From a virus, in the IMG/VR virus record IMGVR_UViG_3300010273_000002, positions 1 through 42,047 of that record: DNA of 42,047 bases; one strand, given 5' to 3'. Under the pieces are notes generated by a model, which was not told where the DNA came from, ran no database searches, and saw nothing but the letters and a program-made list of their open reading frames with translations. Shown here piece after piece: positions 7,655-16,374 of the stretch (positions are counted from its first letter, which is position 1; each line of letters begins with the position of its first letter). A program made the translations under genes and the position numbers.

Positions 7655-8618
7655 CGGCAACGGGAAGTCGCTCGTCCAGAGCAACAAGGCCACGCTGCGC
7701 TCGCTCCTCGAGGCGCCGGAAACCCGGGCGGCGATGGAGCGCGTGCTGCCGAAGTACCTGACCGTCGACCGCATGATCGGGCTCGCGATGCTGGCCGTCA
7801 CGCAGCAGCCGAAACTCCTCGAGTGCCGGCCGCAATCCGTGCTCCAGTCGATCATGCAGGCGGCGCAGCTCGGGCTCGAGGTCAACGGCCCGCTCGGGCA
7901 CGCCTACCTCGTGCCGTACGGCAACATCTGCCAGCTGATCCCCGGCTATCGCGGCCTCATCTACCTCGCGAAGAGGAGCGGGGCGATCGCCGCGGGCGAG
8001 GCGAGGCTGGTCTATGAGGGAGAGACCTTCGATGTCGAGTACGGCACCGACCCGAAGATCGTCCACCGGCCGCGCTGGGACATCGAGCGGATCGACGACG
8101 CGATCGTCGCGGCCTACTTCGTCGCGCGGCTGCCGGACGGCACGCGGCAATTCGAGGTGATGAGCCGCGCGGAGATCGAGCGGATTCGGCAGCGCAGCCG
8201 GGCGAAGGATGAGGGCCCGTGGAAGAGCGACTTCGGCGAGATGGCCCGAAAGACGCCGACCCGCCGCGGGCTCAAGTACCTCCCGATCTCGAACCCCGAG
8301 GAGGGGCGGAAGCTCGCGATGGCGCTCGAGCTCGACAACCGGTTCGAGAGCGGGGAGATGAGCGGGGTGCTGCCCGAGCTGGACAGCGAGGAGTCGATCA
8401 ACGCCGCCGTGCGCGACCGGACCCGCGACCGGATCGCCACGCTCCGGGAGCGGATCGGCGCGACCGGGCGCGACGTGACGCCCCAGACGACGGGCCGGGA
8501 CGCCGGGCCTGAGCCGGAGCCGGAGCCCGACCCGGAGTCGACACCGGCGCCGGAGCCAGAGCCGGCCCCGGCGCCGGTCGCGAGCCTGTTCGACGCGGAA
8601 GACTCCATGCCGTTCTAG
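7647..8618 (+). CDS. recT: RecT-family single-strand annealing protein
   Basis: SVLQSIMQAAQLGLE..GHAYLVPYG..QLIPGYRGLIYLAKRSG and KSDFGEMARKTPTRRGLKYLP are typical RecT signatures. The C-terminal tail is PEPEP low complexity. Confidence 0.85.
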   Translation: MSNGNGKSLVQSNKATLRSLLEAPETRAAMERVLPKYLTVDRMIGLAMLAVTQQPKLLECRPQSVLQSIMQAAQLGLEVNGPLGHAYLVPYGNICQLIPGYRGLIYLAKRSGAIAAGEARLVYEGETFDVEYGTDPKIVHRPRWDIERIDDAIVAAYFVARLPDGTRQFEVMSRAEIERIRQRSRAKDEGPWKSDFGEMARKTPTRRGLKYLPISNPEEGRKLAMALELDNRFESGEMSGVLPELDSEESINAAVRDRTRDRIATLRERIGATGRDVTPQTTGRDAGPEPEPEPDPESTPAPEPEPAPAPVASLFDAEDSMPF

Positions 8619-8627
8619 GAGGGCGAC

Positions 8628-8837
8628 GTGTTGATCACGGTCTGTGACGACCCTGGTCCTACTCGGAAGCCGATCCGGCCTCTCAGGCGGCGGATCTCCA
8701 CGCTGCTCGCGCGGCCGGGACAACGGGTGGAGGACGCAATACGCGACGGCGTGATCTGTCTCGAGGCGTATCGCCAGCGCCGCGAGGCGCGCTCGCGGCA
8801 GGACCGGCAGGGGGTGCCCGGCAGGAGGATACCGTGA
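8628..8837 (+). CDS. Hypothetical protein
   Basis: GGAGGG lies 5 nt upstream of GTG. G/C at third codon positions is about 80% by hand count. Confidence 0.45.
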   Translation: MLITVCDDPGPTRKPIRPLRRRISTLLARPGQRVEDAIRDGVICLEAYRQRREARSRQDRQGVPGRRIP

Positions 8838-9097
8838 CGGAGTGCGTGGTCGACTGGCGGAACGTCGCGATCTCCCTCGCGGCCGAGATCGCCCGCATCC
8901 CGGACGCCGACCGCGTCCGCTGGCGTCTGGAGTCTGCCGCCGAGACCGGGTCGAGCTGGCTGCGACCGGACTACCGCGCGGCAGCGGACCTCGTCGCTGA
9001 AGAGATCGCCGCCCGCGATAAGCCGCTTGCGACGGTGGGCGTAGACCTCGACCCCGCGGTCACCAGGCCCGCGGTCGATGTAGGCGAGGCCGTATGA
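8834..9097 (+). CDS. Hypothetical protein
   Basis: AGGAGGA lies upstream of GTG 8834, with a GTGA overlap. Confidence 0.45.
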   Translation: MTECVVDWRNVAISLAAEIARIPDADRVRWRLESAAETGSSWLRPDYRAAADLVAEEIAARDKPLATVGVDLDPAVTRPAVDVGEAV

Positions 9098-9603
9098 GCA
9101 CGACGCACCCGGCGTTTGAGCGGGCTCCCGAGGAACACCGGTGGTCCGGCACGCTGGACGAGCTGTGGCCGGTGCTGCGGAAGCAGGCGTACGAGATCGC
9201 CGCGGCCACGCCGCCGGGTCAGGAGCGGTGGGCCTGGTTCGTCCTGCCGAGGGGCGCGCTCGTCGCGCTCCGGATCCGGCCCGACTTCCGGAAGGAGCTC
9301 CGGATCGCGCGGGGCGAGCGGCCGGACACGGCCGATGCGAAGCTGCGCTGGGAACGGGAAATCGAGACGTTCCTCAAGCACTTCGGCTGCGAGCGTTGGC
9401 AGCGCATTGACGAGCAGGCGAGCCGCGGTGTGGCCGTCCGGTTCGTCGAACTATGGTCCAACGAGCACGCGGTCGGCCTCTCGCGATGCGCCGACTGCGG
9501 CCGCGAGACGACGTCGACGCCGATCCTCTCCCCGATGCGGTGCCCCGACTGCGTGCGGGCACGGCGCGGGTCCCCGCAACGCCACCTGGAGTTGGTCCGA
9601 TGA
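9094..9603 (+). CDS. Hypothetical protein with a C-terminal zinc ribbon (CADCG..CPDC)
   Basis: ATGA coupling at both ends and two CxxC pairs. Confidence 0.5.
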   Translation: MSTTHPAFERAPEEHRWSGTLDELWPVLRKQAYEIAAATPPGQERWAWFVLPRGALVALRIRPDFRKELRIARGERPDTADAKLRWEREIETFLKHFGCERWQRIDEQASRGVAVRFVELWSNEHAVGLSRCADCGRETTSTPILSPMRCPDCVRARRGSPQRHLELVR

Positions 9604-10310
9604 CGTGCTTGAACTGGTGGGACGGCGTGCTGCCGGTCCTGGACTTCGAGGCGACCGGCACGGACCCGCAGGAAGACCGCATCGTCTCCGTGGCTCTCGT
9701 GCTCTGCACGCCGCGGGGACGCACGCTGCCGGGCGGGGTCGTGACGCTCGTGAATCCGGGCGTACCGATCCCGCAGGAGGCCTCGGCGGTCCACGGGATC
9801 ACGGACGACATGGTGCAGGACAAGCCGACGACTGCGGAGGTCCTGCCCGAGCTGCTCCGATGCCTGATGGGGATCCAGGCGCTCGGCTGGCCGCTCGTGA
9901 TCTACAACGCGACCTACGACTGGCCGCTGCTGAACGCAGAAGCGGCCCGGCACGGCGGGCCGGCGGTCCCTGAGGTGCCGATCATCGACCCGCTCGTGCT
10001 CGATCGAGGCTACGACCGCTTCCGGCCTGGCGGGCGGAAGCTGGGGGACGTGTGCTGGCACTACGGCGTCGAGCTCGTCGACGCGCACGACGCGCTCTCC
10101 GACGCGCTCGCCACGGCGGAGCTCTGCCGGGCGATCGTGAGCCGCTACCCCGAGCTACAGCAGATGGACTTCCGCGCGCTCCATGACCTCCAGGCCGACA
10201 TGCACGCGGCCTGGTTACGGGAGTTCAACCGCTACCGGGCCCAGCAGGGGCGAGAGCCGATCCCGGAAGTCCACTGGCCGGGCATGACGGAGGTGCCATG
10301 CTCGCGATGA
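9600..10310 (+). CDS. DnaQ-like DEDDh 3'-5' exonuclease
   Basis: Exo I is LDFEATG, Exo II is VIYNATYDWPLL and Exo III is HDALSDALATAEL. Confidence 0.8.
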   Translation: MTCLNWWDGVLPVLDFEATGTDPQEDRIVSVALVLCTPRGRTLPGGVVTLVNPGVPIPQEASAVHGITDDMVQDKPTTAEVLPELLRCLMGIQALGWPLVIYNATYDWPLLNAEAARHGGPAVPEVPIIDPLVLDRGYDRFRPGGRKLGDVCWHYGVELVDAHDALSDALATAELCRAIVSRYPELQQMDFRALHDLQADMHAAWLREFNRYRAQQGREPIPEVHWPGMTEVPCSR

Positions 10311-10513
10311 TCAGGTTCGGTCGCGGCGCACAGGACGAGGCGCGGGCCGTTGCGCCGCTCGAGCCCGACGACGACCTGCGGGAGCCGTGGGGCGATGTGC
10401 CCGCAACACCGGCGGGTACAGAGCCGCGCAGGCCCGATCCGGTGCCCGAGGGCGCGAGGCGGGCGTACCGCCGGAGGAAGGCGCTGACCTTGAATCGCGC
10501 GAACGGACAATGA
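10298..10513 (+). CDS. Hypothetical protein
   Basis: GGAGG lies upstream of ATG 10298. The stop is coupled to the next gene. Confidence 0.4.
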   Translation: MLAMIRFGRGAQDEARAVAPLEPDDDLREPWGDVPATPAGTEPRRPDPVPEGARRAYRRRKALTLNRANGQ

Positions 10514-10905
10514 CCGTATCGGAACTCCCCCGCACGTGGCGAGAGCGAGCCGAGCAGGTCCGGCGCTTCGCCGTCGATGACCGGGCCGCCCAGCTATGGG
10601 AAGCGGCCGCGAAGGAGCTCGAACGGGCGCTCCAGGAGGCCGCGAACGAGGTGCTCAACCTCGAGCAGGCGGCGGCGGAATCGGGTTACACGGCCGATTA
10701 CCTCGGCCGGCTGGTCCGGGAGGGCAAGATCCCCAATGCGGGTCGTCCCTACGCGCCGAAGATCCGGCGCGCAGATCTGCCCCGGAAGGCCGCGCGGAAG
10801 AGGGGCCGGACACTCGAAGTTGTTGCAGATGGCGGCATTGGCTCCTCATCCTTCGACCGGATCGTCAGCGAGGCGATCCTGTCGAAGACCCGTAACAGGA
10901 GGTAG
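10510..10905 (+). CDS. HTH DNA-binding protein upstream of the integrase (possible recombination directionality factor)
   Basis: LNLEQAAAESGYTADYLGRLVREGKIPNAG is HTH-like. The call also rests on its position next to int. Confidence 0.5.
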   Translation: MTVSELPRTWRERAEQVRRFAVDDRAAQLWEAAAKELERALQEAANEVLNLEQAAAESGYTADYLGRLVREGKIPNAGRPYAPKIRRADLPRKAARKRGRTLEVVADGGIGSSSFDRIVSEAILSKTRNRR

Positions 10906-10907
10906 CC

Positions 10908-12200
10908 ATGCCGAGACGCAGAAAGCCATGGTCGCGAACGGTTGGGAGACGGGGCTACAAGGTCACCGTCCTCGAGCGCGTCCCGGGCGGACCGCTCTAC
11001 CTCAGGTGGTGGGATCCGACTGCGCCGGGGAGCCGGGCAACGGGCGGCCTCGGCAACTACCGCCTCCGGAGCCTCGGACACCGGGACCGCGAGCGCGGGG
11101 AAAAGGAGGCGGAGAAACTCGCCGCCGAACTCCTGGCCGCGGGAACGGCTGCGCGCACCGGCCGGATCACTCTCTCCGAGCTGTTCGCGCGCTACGAGCA
11201 GGAGGTGTCCGTCTACAAGAAGGGGGCGCAGGTTCGCGAGGATCGCCGCCGAATGGAGCTCTGGCGGCATTTCCTCGGGGGTGAGCGGGATGCCGGATCG
11301 CTCACGCACGAGGACCTCCGGCGTTTCGTCCGGCTCAGGAAGGCGGGCCGAATCAGCCTGCCGCCCACGATCGAGCAGGGAAGGGAACGGCTCCGCAGGC
11401 TATCGGAGAACCCCTCGGACGGCACGGTCGGGGCTGACATCGTGTTCCTCCAGGCCGTGCTCAATTGGGCGGTGCGGGCACGGCTGCTCGAATCGAACCC
11501 GGTGCACGGTTTCGAGCGGCCGAAGGCGAAGAATCCGAAACGGCCAGTCGCGACCTACGATCGCTTCCTGGCCGTCCGAGAGAAAGCCGACGAGGTCGAT
11601 CCACAAGGGCTCTTCGGTTCCTTCATGGACCTGGTCGAGTCTCTCGGCTGGCGAGTGAGCGCGATCTGCCAGATCTGGGCGAGTGACGTCGACCGCGCGA
11701 GCCAGCCGAAGGCGCCCTACGGCCGGATCAAGAAGCGCGGGGAGGTCGACAAGGAGGGCGTCGAGATGTGGGTGCCGCTCTCCGAGACCGCGCGCGCGGC
11801 GATCGACCGGATCCTCGAGCTGAACCCGGTGGTCGGGAACGCCTACCTGTTCCCGTCACCGCGGCGAAAGGGACGGCCATGGAGCCGGTGGCACGCACGG
11901 GACCTGCTCGAGCGCGCCGAGCGGGCCGCGGGAGTCCCGCCGATCGACGGCGGCCATTTCCACCCGTATCGGCGGAAGTGGGCGACCGAGAGGAAGCACC
12001 TGCCCGCGCAGGACGTGGCGGCCGCGGGCGGCTGGCGAGACCTCCGGAGCCTCCAGAACACCTACCAGCAGGTCGATGAGGAGACGCTGCTAGCGGTGGT
12101 GTTGGAGCCCCGGAAACTGCGGTCTGCCATTACAAATGCCATAGCAGGCGGAGGGCAGACGGACGAAGCCCCCACGGCGGGAACCGCCGCAGGGGCTTGA
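10908..12200 (+). CDS. int: Tyrosine recombinase / phage integrase
   Basis: C-terminal catalytic region GWRVSAICQIWASDVD, HFHPYRRKWATE and GGWRDLRSLQNTYQQ matches the R..HxxR..Y pattern. An SD lies upstream. Confidence 0.85.
   Translation: MPRRRKPWSRTVGRRGYKVTVLERVPGGPLYLRWWDPTAPGSRATGGLGNYRLRSLGHRDRERGEKEAEKLAAELLAAGTAARTGRITLSELFARYEQEVSVYKKGAQVREDRRRMELWRHFLGGERDAGSLTHEDLRRFVRLRKAGRISLPPTIEQGRERLRRLSENPSDGTVGADIVFLQAVLNWAVRARLLESNPVHGFERPKAKNPKRPVATYDRFLAVREKADEVDPQGLFGSFMDLVESLGWRVSAICQIWASDVDRASQPKAPYGRIKKRGEVDKEGVEMWVPLSETARAAIDRILELNPVVGNAYLFPSPRRKGRPWSRWHARDLLERAERAAGVPPIDGGHFHPYRRKWATERKHLPAQDVAAAGGWRDLRSLQNTYQQVDEETLLAVVLEPRKLRSAITNAIAGGGQTDEAPTAGTAAGA
12136..12155 (+). repeat. Candidate integrase arm-type site (ATGCCATAGCAGGCGGAGGG), inside the 3' end of int
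   Basis: The same ~20-mer recurs at 12373-12393 and its 11-nt core at 12361-12371. The copies flank the tRNA-like core. Confidence 0.45.
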
Positions 12201-12213
12201 AGTTGGGAGCGAG

Positions 12214-12245
12214 TCGGGACGGCCGGATTTGAACCGGCGACCCCC
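12214..12245 (-). other. attP core candidate: tRNA 3'-end-like segment (T-arm plus 3' acceptor strand)
   Basis: The reverse complement reads GGGGTC-GCCGG-TTCAAAT-CCGGC-CGTCCCG-A. This is a 5-bp T stem, a canonical 7-nt T loop and 7 nt plus a discriminator. It lies 14 nt downstream of the int stop. I could not fold D or anticodon arms upstream. Confidence 0.5.
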
Positions 12246-12360
12246 TGAACCCCATTACGGGGGCGGGCTCGGACGACTCCGAACCTAGTCCGGCAATACC
12301 GCGAAAACAAGCGCCCTTCGCCTGATTGGGCAACCCGTGGCGTCGGGGTTTTTCGCCCCG

Positions 12361-12393
12361 ATGCCATAGCAGATGCCATAGCACAGGCGGGGG
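12361..12393 (+). repeat. Tandem candidate arm-type sites (ATGCCATAGCAG / ATGCCATAGCACAGGCGGGGG)
   Basis: The exact 11-mer ATGCCATAGCA occurs at 12361 and 12373 and also at 12136. Confidence 0.45.
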
Positions 12394-12460
12394 CGCTATT
12401 GCATCCCGCCACCACACCAACGTCTGGTGGATCTGGCACTTGCTGTCTCGAGGAGGGCTG

Positions 12461-12961
12461 ATGCCAGAAGCGATCAAGTACGAGACCACGACGATCTCCG
12501 CCCGCCGGACGGCCGGAGAGATCATGGAGCTACTGGCCGAGTACGGCGCACGGCACGTCTCGCTCGAGTACGACGCCGCAGGAGAGCCGGCAGCCGTGAG
12601 CTTCGCGATCCATGACCCGAACCTTGGCCAGCTCGTGCCGGTGCACCTGCGCGCCCGCACGGATGCCGTCGCGCGCCGGCTCCTCGAGGTCCGGCCGTGG
12701 AACAGTCGCCGGCGCGCTGCCAGCCGCGCCGAGTACGAGCGCGAGATCCGGGCACAGGCCCATCGGATCGTGTGGCGGCACCTGAAGGACCTGATCGAGC
12801 AGCAGCTTCTCGCCGTGCGGATCGGCCAGTACGAACTGACCGACGTGTTCCTGCATGGGCTGATGCTCCGGGACGGGTCGACCGTGGGCGAGCGGTTCCG
12901 GGAGGGGGCCGATCGGCTGTTGGGGACCGGGCTCCTGCAACTCACTGCCGGCGGTGACTGA
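12461..12961 (+). CDS. Hypothetical protein (166 aa)
   Basis: GAGGAGGG lies 4 nt upstream of ATG 12461. The upstream part of the track ORF overlaps the attP repeats and looks non-coding. Confidence 0.55.
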   Translation: MPEAIKYETTTISARRTAGEIMELLAEYGARHVSLEYDAAGEPAAVSFAIHDPNLGQLVPVHLRARTDAVARRLLEVRPWNSRRRAASRAEYEREIRAQAHRIVWRHLKDLIEQQLLAVRIGQYELTDVFLHGLMLRDGSTVGERFREGADRLLGTGLLQLTAGGD

Positions 12962-12963
12962 CG

Positions 12964-14022
12964 ATGGCCGACCGCGGAGAGTACCGATCGATCTACGTCG
13001 CGCTGGTCGACGACCCCGACTACCGGGCGCTCTCGCCCCAGGCGCGCCTGAGCCTGCTGTCGCTCAAGCTGATTCTGGGGCCGTCCGGCATCGGCGTCGT
13101 GCGGGCGCTCGAGGCCGAGCTGGTGGCGCTCACGGGCCATTCGGCCGCGGATGTCCGGGGCGCGATTGAGGAGCTGATCTCCGGCGATTGGATCGCCGTG
13201 GAGAGCAGCGTGGTCTGGCTTCGGAACGGACTGCGCTACGAGCCCTCGAAGCCGCTATCCAGCGAAAATGGGCGAAAAGGGATCAGCGCGCATCTCGAGG
13301 CCCTGCCACGGGTCCGGCTGGTCAACCGGTGCGCCGAATACTACGATTTGCCGATCCCCTTCCCCGAACTCGAATCCCCTCCGGACCCCCTCCCCGACCC
13401 CCTTCGAAGGGGGTCCGGTACCCCCTCCGAACCCCCTACCGAAGCAGGGATGAGGGATGAGGGAAGAGGGATATATACGAGCGAGCTAACTACTACGCGC
13501 GCGCACGCGCGCGAAGAGCCCGGGTCCGATCCGGCTGCCATCCCGGACGCCGACCCGACCGCGCCGGTGGTGATCCCCTTCCCCGGCGCCTCCGAGGGGC
13601 TGCCATCCCCCGAGGAGCAGGCGAGCCGCGCCATCATGCTCGCCAACAGGGGCATGCGCGAGAACCCGGCGATCGGCGAGGCCTACACCCCGATTCCGCC
13701 GGGGCACTCGAGCAGGCAGGTCGTGCTCGACTGGATCGCCGAGGGCATCAGTTGGGAGGCCATCGAGGTCGCGGTCTACGAGACGGCCCGGACCTACCGC
13801 CCCCAGGAGCACCGCAGGCAGATCACGACGATGCGCTACTTCGACGGGCCGGTCCGGGAGGAGCATGCGCGCCGCCTTGCCGCGCAGGAACCCGCACCGA
13901 AGGCCGGCCGCACTGCCTCTGCGACCGGCCGTGGTCGACAGGGGCGGGCTACGCCGAGGCCTCCGGAGCACGAGTACTTGAACCCGACCGAGACTCCAGA
14001 GGAGATCGTATGGAGCAGGTGA
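12964..14022 (+). CDS. Replication initiation / replisome-organizer-like protein (candidate origin binder)
   Basis: It sits directly before a DnaC-like loader. C-terminal VVLDWIAEGISWEAIEVAVYETA..TTMRYFDGPV is DnaD/DnaB_2-like from memory. The central low-complexity linker coincides with iterons. Confidence 0.45.
   Translation: MADRGEYRSIYVALVDDPDYRALSPQARLSLLSLKLILGPSGIGVVRALEAELVALTGHSAADVRGAIEELISGDWIAVESSVVWLRNGLRYEPSKPLSSENGRKGISAHLEALPRVRLVNRCAEYYDLPIPFPELESPPDPLPDPLRRGSGTPSEPPTEAGMRDEGRGIYTSELTTTRAHAREEPGSDPAAIPDADPTAPVVIPFPGASEGLPSPEEQASRAIMLANRGMRENPAIGEAYTPIPPGHSSRQVVLDWIAEGISWEAIEVAVYETARTYRPQEHRRQITTMRYFDGPVREEHARRLAAQEPAPKAGRTASATGRGRQGRATPRPPEHEYLNPTETPEEIVWSR
13355..13514. promoter_or_regulatory. 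Candidate origin of replication embedded in the initiator gene
   Basis: (A/T)CCCCT occurs six times, starting at 13355, 13375, 13386, 13398, 13421 and 13432. A 20-bp perfect palindrome GACCCCCTTCGAAGGGGGTC lies at 13396-13415. Four tandem 7-mers AGGGATG/AGGGATG/AGGGAAG/AGGGATA span 13446-13473. ATATATA at 13471-13477 and an alternating CG tract follow. Confidence 0.5.
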
Positions 14023-14738
14023 AGATCGAGCATGGGACGCTCCGCGAGATCATGGAGCGGGCCCAGCGCATGTCGCACGAGGAGATACTCGCCGAGCGGG
14101 AACGGCTTGCCCGGGAGCTCCGGGAGAGCCAGCCCCGGCCGACGGTCCCGGCGCCGCGGATCCCGAGGAAGTTCACGGGCCGGCGGCTCACGGACTACGT
14201 GCCGAGGACGCCGAGCCAGAAAGTCGCGCTCGAGGCCGTCCGGCGGTTCTGCGACCTCGCGGCGAAGGGCCAGGGCGTCATGCTCGCGCTCATCGGTCCC
14301 GAGGGCACGGGCAAGAGCCACCTCCTCTACGGCGCCGCCCACGAGCTCTACCGGCGAGGCCTCCGGGTCTACGCCCGGCCGTGGTACCTGCTCGCAGACG
14401 AGCTTCGCTACGGCCGGCACGTCGAGCCGTACGGGGCGGACGGGGAGAGCGACGCCGTGCACCTCGAGCCGTGGCAGGTCCGCGCGGAGCTCTGGCGTCA
14501 CCGCATCGTGCTGATCGACGAGGTCGAGTGGACGGCCGGCACCGATCTCGACTACCGCGAGCTCAAGAAGTTCGCCTGCCACGCGTACGACAACGAGCTC
14601 GCCGTGATGATCACGACCAACTGGAACCCACTTCGGGACATCATCGGCGCGGCGGCCGCGGACCGGTTCACCGAGATCGTGATCGCCGGCCCGAGCGGGC
14701 GGAAAGCCAGGCAACATCAGGAGCACGAGGCGGCATGA
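14010..14738 (+). CDS. DnaC/IstB-like AAA+ helicase loader
   Basis: Walker A is GPEGTGKSHL and Walker B is IVLIDEV. GAGGAG lies upstream of ATG 14010. Confidence 0.7.
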   Translation: MEQVKIEHGTLREIMERAQRMSHEEILAERERLARELRESQPRPTVPAPRIPRKFTGRRLTDYVPRTPSQKVALEAVRRFCDLAAKGQGVMLALIGPEGTGKSHLLYGAAHELYRRGLRVYARPWYLLADELRYGRHVEPYGADGESDAVHLEPWQVRAELWRHRIVLIDEVEWTAGTDLDYRELKKFACHAYDNELAVMITTNWNPLRDIIGAAAADRFTEIVIAGPSGRKARQHQEHEAA

Positions 14739-14778
14739 CCCGGGCCGAAACAGCGGTGGAATCAGCGGGTCGACCATC

Positions 14779-15099
14779 GTGCGGGAGCGGGTGGCGGCCG
14801 ACGCAGACGAGATCTGGTACCACTGGATCGAGGGCCAGGAGGATCTAGCGATCGCGGCGCTGCGGAAGGCTAGCGACGAGGAACTGGCCCGCTTCCTCGA
14901 CATGCTCGCGCGGTGGCAGAAGTGCCCGAAGCCGAGCGACCACGACGCGGCCGCCGTCCTCCGCTCCGAGGCGCAGGGGGATGGCTGGCGGATCGCCGAG
15001 CCCGCCCGTGAGCTTGTGCGCCGCGAGACGCCGGAGTCGCGCGCCGTCGCGCAGGACGCAATCGCCGCCGCCCGCCTGGGCGAAGGAGGTGGGGAGTGA
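14779..15099 (+). CDS. Hypothetical protein
   Basis: Very high G/C at third codon positions, and the stop is GTGA-coupled to the next gene. The ATG-14735 alternative frame has poorer codon bias. Confidence 0.5.
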   Translation: MRERVAADADEIWYHWIEGQEDLAIAALRKASDEELARFLDMLARWQKCPKPSDHDAAAVLRSEAQGDGWRIAEPARELVRRETPESRAVAQDAIAAARLGEGGGE

Positions 15100-16346
15100 T
15101 TTTCCCGCAGATGCTCTTGGATCTGCACTGCGAGCTGATCGTGGATCTGTTCGCTGGCGGCGGTGGCGCGTCGCTGGGGATTGAGATGGCGACCGGGCGG
15201 ATGGTCGACATCGCGATCAATCACGACCCGGCCGCGGTCGCCATGCACAAGGCGAACCATCCGCAGACCCGGCACCTTCTGTCGGACGTCTTCGAGGCGG
15301 ACCCCCGCGAGGTCACCCAGGGCCGGCCGGTTGGGCTGCTCTGGGCATCTCCAGATTGCACGCATCACAGCAAGGCCCGGGGTGGCAAGCCGCTGCGCGA
15401 TAGAGCGCGGCGCACCCGAGTGCTTGCGTGGGTCGTGACGCGGTGGGCAGGGACCGTGCGCCCACGGGTCATTATCCTCGAGAACGTCGAGGAATTCGCC
15501 GATTGGGGACCGCTCGTTGGTCCGCCGGATCGGCTGCGCCCCTGCCCCCGCCGGAAGGGTCGGACGTTCCGGCAGTGGGTCCGCTCGCTCGAGCGGCATG
15601 GGTATGAGGTCCAATGGCGGGAGCTCCGGGCGTGCGACTACGGCGCCCCGACGATCCGCAAGCGGCTGTTCGTCATCGCGCGCTGCGACGGTCGCCCGAT
15701 CATTTGGCCTGAGCCGACGCACGGGCCGGGACGCCGCTTCCCCTACCGGACCGCGGCGGAGTGCATCGACTGGTCGCTCCCGATGCTCTCGATCTTCGCG
15801 TCCCCCGAGGAGGCGCGGGAGTGGGCGCGGGTGCATGGCGTCGGCGTGCCGGTCCGGCCGCTCGCGGAGGCGACGCTGTGCCGGATCGCCCGCGGTGTTG
15901 TGCGGTTCGTGCTGGAGAACCCCGAACCGTTCATCGTCGGCGTCGCCGGCAACGGCGGCCAGCTCGTGGCGTCGTTCATCCAGTCCTACTACGGCGCCGA
16001 GAACCGCCAGGACCTACGCGAACCGCTCCGCACGATCCCGACTCGCGACCGGTTCGGGCTGGTTACAGTCACGATCGCGGGCCAGCCCTACGTCATCACG
16101 GACATTGCGATGCGCATGCTGACCCCGCGCGAGCTCTACCGCGCTCAGGGATTCCCGGACTCGTACATCATTGACCGGGGCGCGGATGGTCGGCGGCTGA
16201 CCAAGACCGAGCAGGTGCGCATGGTGGGCAACTCGGTTTGCCCGCAGGTCGCGGCTGCACTCGTGCGGGCGAATGTTCCGGAGATGATTGCGCGCGATGA
16301 AGTGCGAGTTCCGATGCGGCGGAAGAGGACGATGGCAACGGCTTGA
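15096..16346 (+). CDS. DNA (cytosine-5) methyltransferase with no cognate nuclease gene adjacent
   Basis: Motif I is DLFAGGGGASLG and motif IV is WASPDCTHHSKA. Motif VI is ILENVEEF, motif VIII region is RELYRAQGFPDSY and motif X is GNSVCP. Confidence 0.85.
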   Translation: MIFPQMLLDLHCELIVDLFAGGGGASLGIEMATGRMVDIAINHDPAAVAMHKANHPQTRHLLSDVFEADPREVTQGRPVGLLWASPDCTHHSKARGGKPLRDRARRTRVLAWVVTRWAGTVRPRVIILENVEEFADWGPLVGPPDRLRPCPRRKGRTFRQWVRSLERHGYEVQWRELRACDYGAPTIRKRLFVIARCDGRPIIWPEPTHGPGRRFPYRTAAECIDWSLPMLSIFASPEEAREWARVHGVGVPVRPLAEATLCRIARGVVRFVLENPEPFIVGVAGNGGQLVASFIQSYYGAENRQDLREPLRTIPTRDRFGLVTVTIAGQPYVITDIAMRMLTPRELYRAQGFPDSYIIDRGADGRRLTKTEQVRMVGNSVCPQVAAALVRANVPEMIARDEVRVPMRRKRTMATA

Positions 16347-16374
16347 GTATCCCACCCCGACAGGAGCGAGAGCG

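Noticed and set aside
8509-8580. Short-period repeats (GAGCCGGAGCCGGAGCCC...) as a possible repeat array
   Set aside because: They are in-frame codon repeats encoding the PEPEPEPDPE..PAPEPEPAPAP tail of RecT. There are no spacers and no repeat-spacer architecture.
12205-12300. Complete tRNA (or tmRNA) gene downstream of the integrase
   Set aside because: Only the T-arm and 3' acceptor strand are present. The required 5' acceptor strand CGGGACG is absent within 100 nt. No 5-7-5 anticodon arm can be drawn upstream. I treat it as an attP core fragment.
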